A DNA stretch of 64,000 bases, from assembly GCA_963725865.1 (NCBI GenBank), contig CAVSAC010000010.1, forward strand, positions 288,001 through 352,000. Direction: 5' to 3'. The stretch is from Candidatus Eiseniibacteriota bacterium (GTDB lineage: Bacteria > Eisenbacteria > RBG-16-71-46). The position numbers were made by a program, and so were the translations under genes. A model generated the notes under the pieces. That model saw nothing but the letters and a program-made list of their open reading frames with translations, did no database searches and was not told the origin of the DNA. Each line of letters begins with the position of its first letter. The first letter of the stretch is position 1. Shown here in pieces: positions 63,410 to 64,000 of this stretch.

Positions 63410-64000
63410 ATGATTCGCTCGCAAGCCTTGGCCGTCGCGTCCCTCCTGATGGCCGCGACGGTCGCCGCTCGGCCGGCAGCTGCGGCGTGGTCCCACGACG
63501 CCTTCAGCGCCGAGTCGCTGTGCACGGCCGCCGGCGACCAGGTCACCCCCACGAGCGTCTCGGACGGTGCGGGCGGCTCGATCGTGACTTGGCAGGACGG
63601 CCGCGGCGGCACCACCGACATCTACGCGCAGCGGATCGACGCCGCGGGCGTGCCCCGATGGACGGCCAATGGCGTGGCCCTGTGCACCGCCACGGGCAAC
63701 CAGGCCAGTCCCACGATCGCCTCGGACGGGGCGGGTGGCGCGATCATCACCTGGGAGGACAACCGCGGCGGTAGCACCGACATCTACGCCCGGCGCATCA
63801 GCGCGGCGGGCGTGCCGCAATGGACGGCCAACGGGGTGGCGGTGTGCACCGCCAGCCTGGGCCAGTACAGCCCCGAGGTCGTCTCGGACGGTGCGCACGG
63901 CGCGATCGTCACCTGGTTCGACATCCGCGGGGGATCGAACAACGACGTGTACGCGCAGCGCATCAGCGCGGCGGGCGCACCCCTGTGGACGGCGAACGGC
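63410..64000 (+). CDS. Secreted repeat protein (SDGAGGAIVTW.D.R...DIYAQRI repeats); runs off the window
   Basis: Own translation MIRSQALAVASLLMAATVAARPAAAAWSHD... with three ~54-aa repeats. Confidence 0.8.
   Translation, partial: MIRSQALAVASLLMAATVAARPAAAAWSHDAFSAESLCTAAGDQVTPTSVSDGAGGSIVTWQDGRGGTTDIYAQRIDAAGVPRWTANGVALCTATGNQASPTIASDGAGGAIITWEDNRGGSTDIYARRISAAGVPQWTANGVAVCTASLGQYSPEVVSDGAHGAIVTWFDIRGGSNNDVYAQRISAAGAPLWTANG

Overview
High-GC bacterial window with two parts. The protein families suggest an FCB-related candidate phylum such as Ca. Eisenbacteria (inference). Part 1 (1-27.1 kb) looks like core genome: a minus-strand run of dnaE, accA, Trm112-like, porU-like C25 sortase, porV-like barrel, M6 protease, two DUF5683-like proteins, an NHL protein and a large outer-membrane protein, plus M23 and S8 peptidases, pyrE and an ExeA-AAA/SPOR protein. 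Part 2 runs from tRNA-Glu(TTC) (27147-27219) to the window end. It is an accessory region cut into 0.5-7 kb units by 11-13 same-orientation relics of the tRNA 3' end. Class A relics (8 clear, 1 degenerate) read TTCGAA-N11-TGGGGACGCCA, where the tRNA has N6. Their minus strand encodes a conserved ~30-aa peptide, ASPxIxNSNRxxxWLRxMxxLRxxxxxAA-stop, which resembles the detached degron-like C-terminus of a recombinase. Class B relics (3) carry the exact tRNA 3' end plus TGTCCCCG arm-type repeats. Most units have no recombinase and carry secreted proteins, including two diverged sister cassettes, proteins with C-terminal sorting domains (CTD) or a TWGxLKxxYR tail, hydrolases, a Ser/Thr kinase-TPR protein and an extended arsenic-resistance operon. 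The best candidate for an undescribed system is this tRNA-anchored, integron-like cassette array. Many single-base frameshifts, especially at 48.4-52.3 kb, may be assembly errors.
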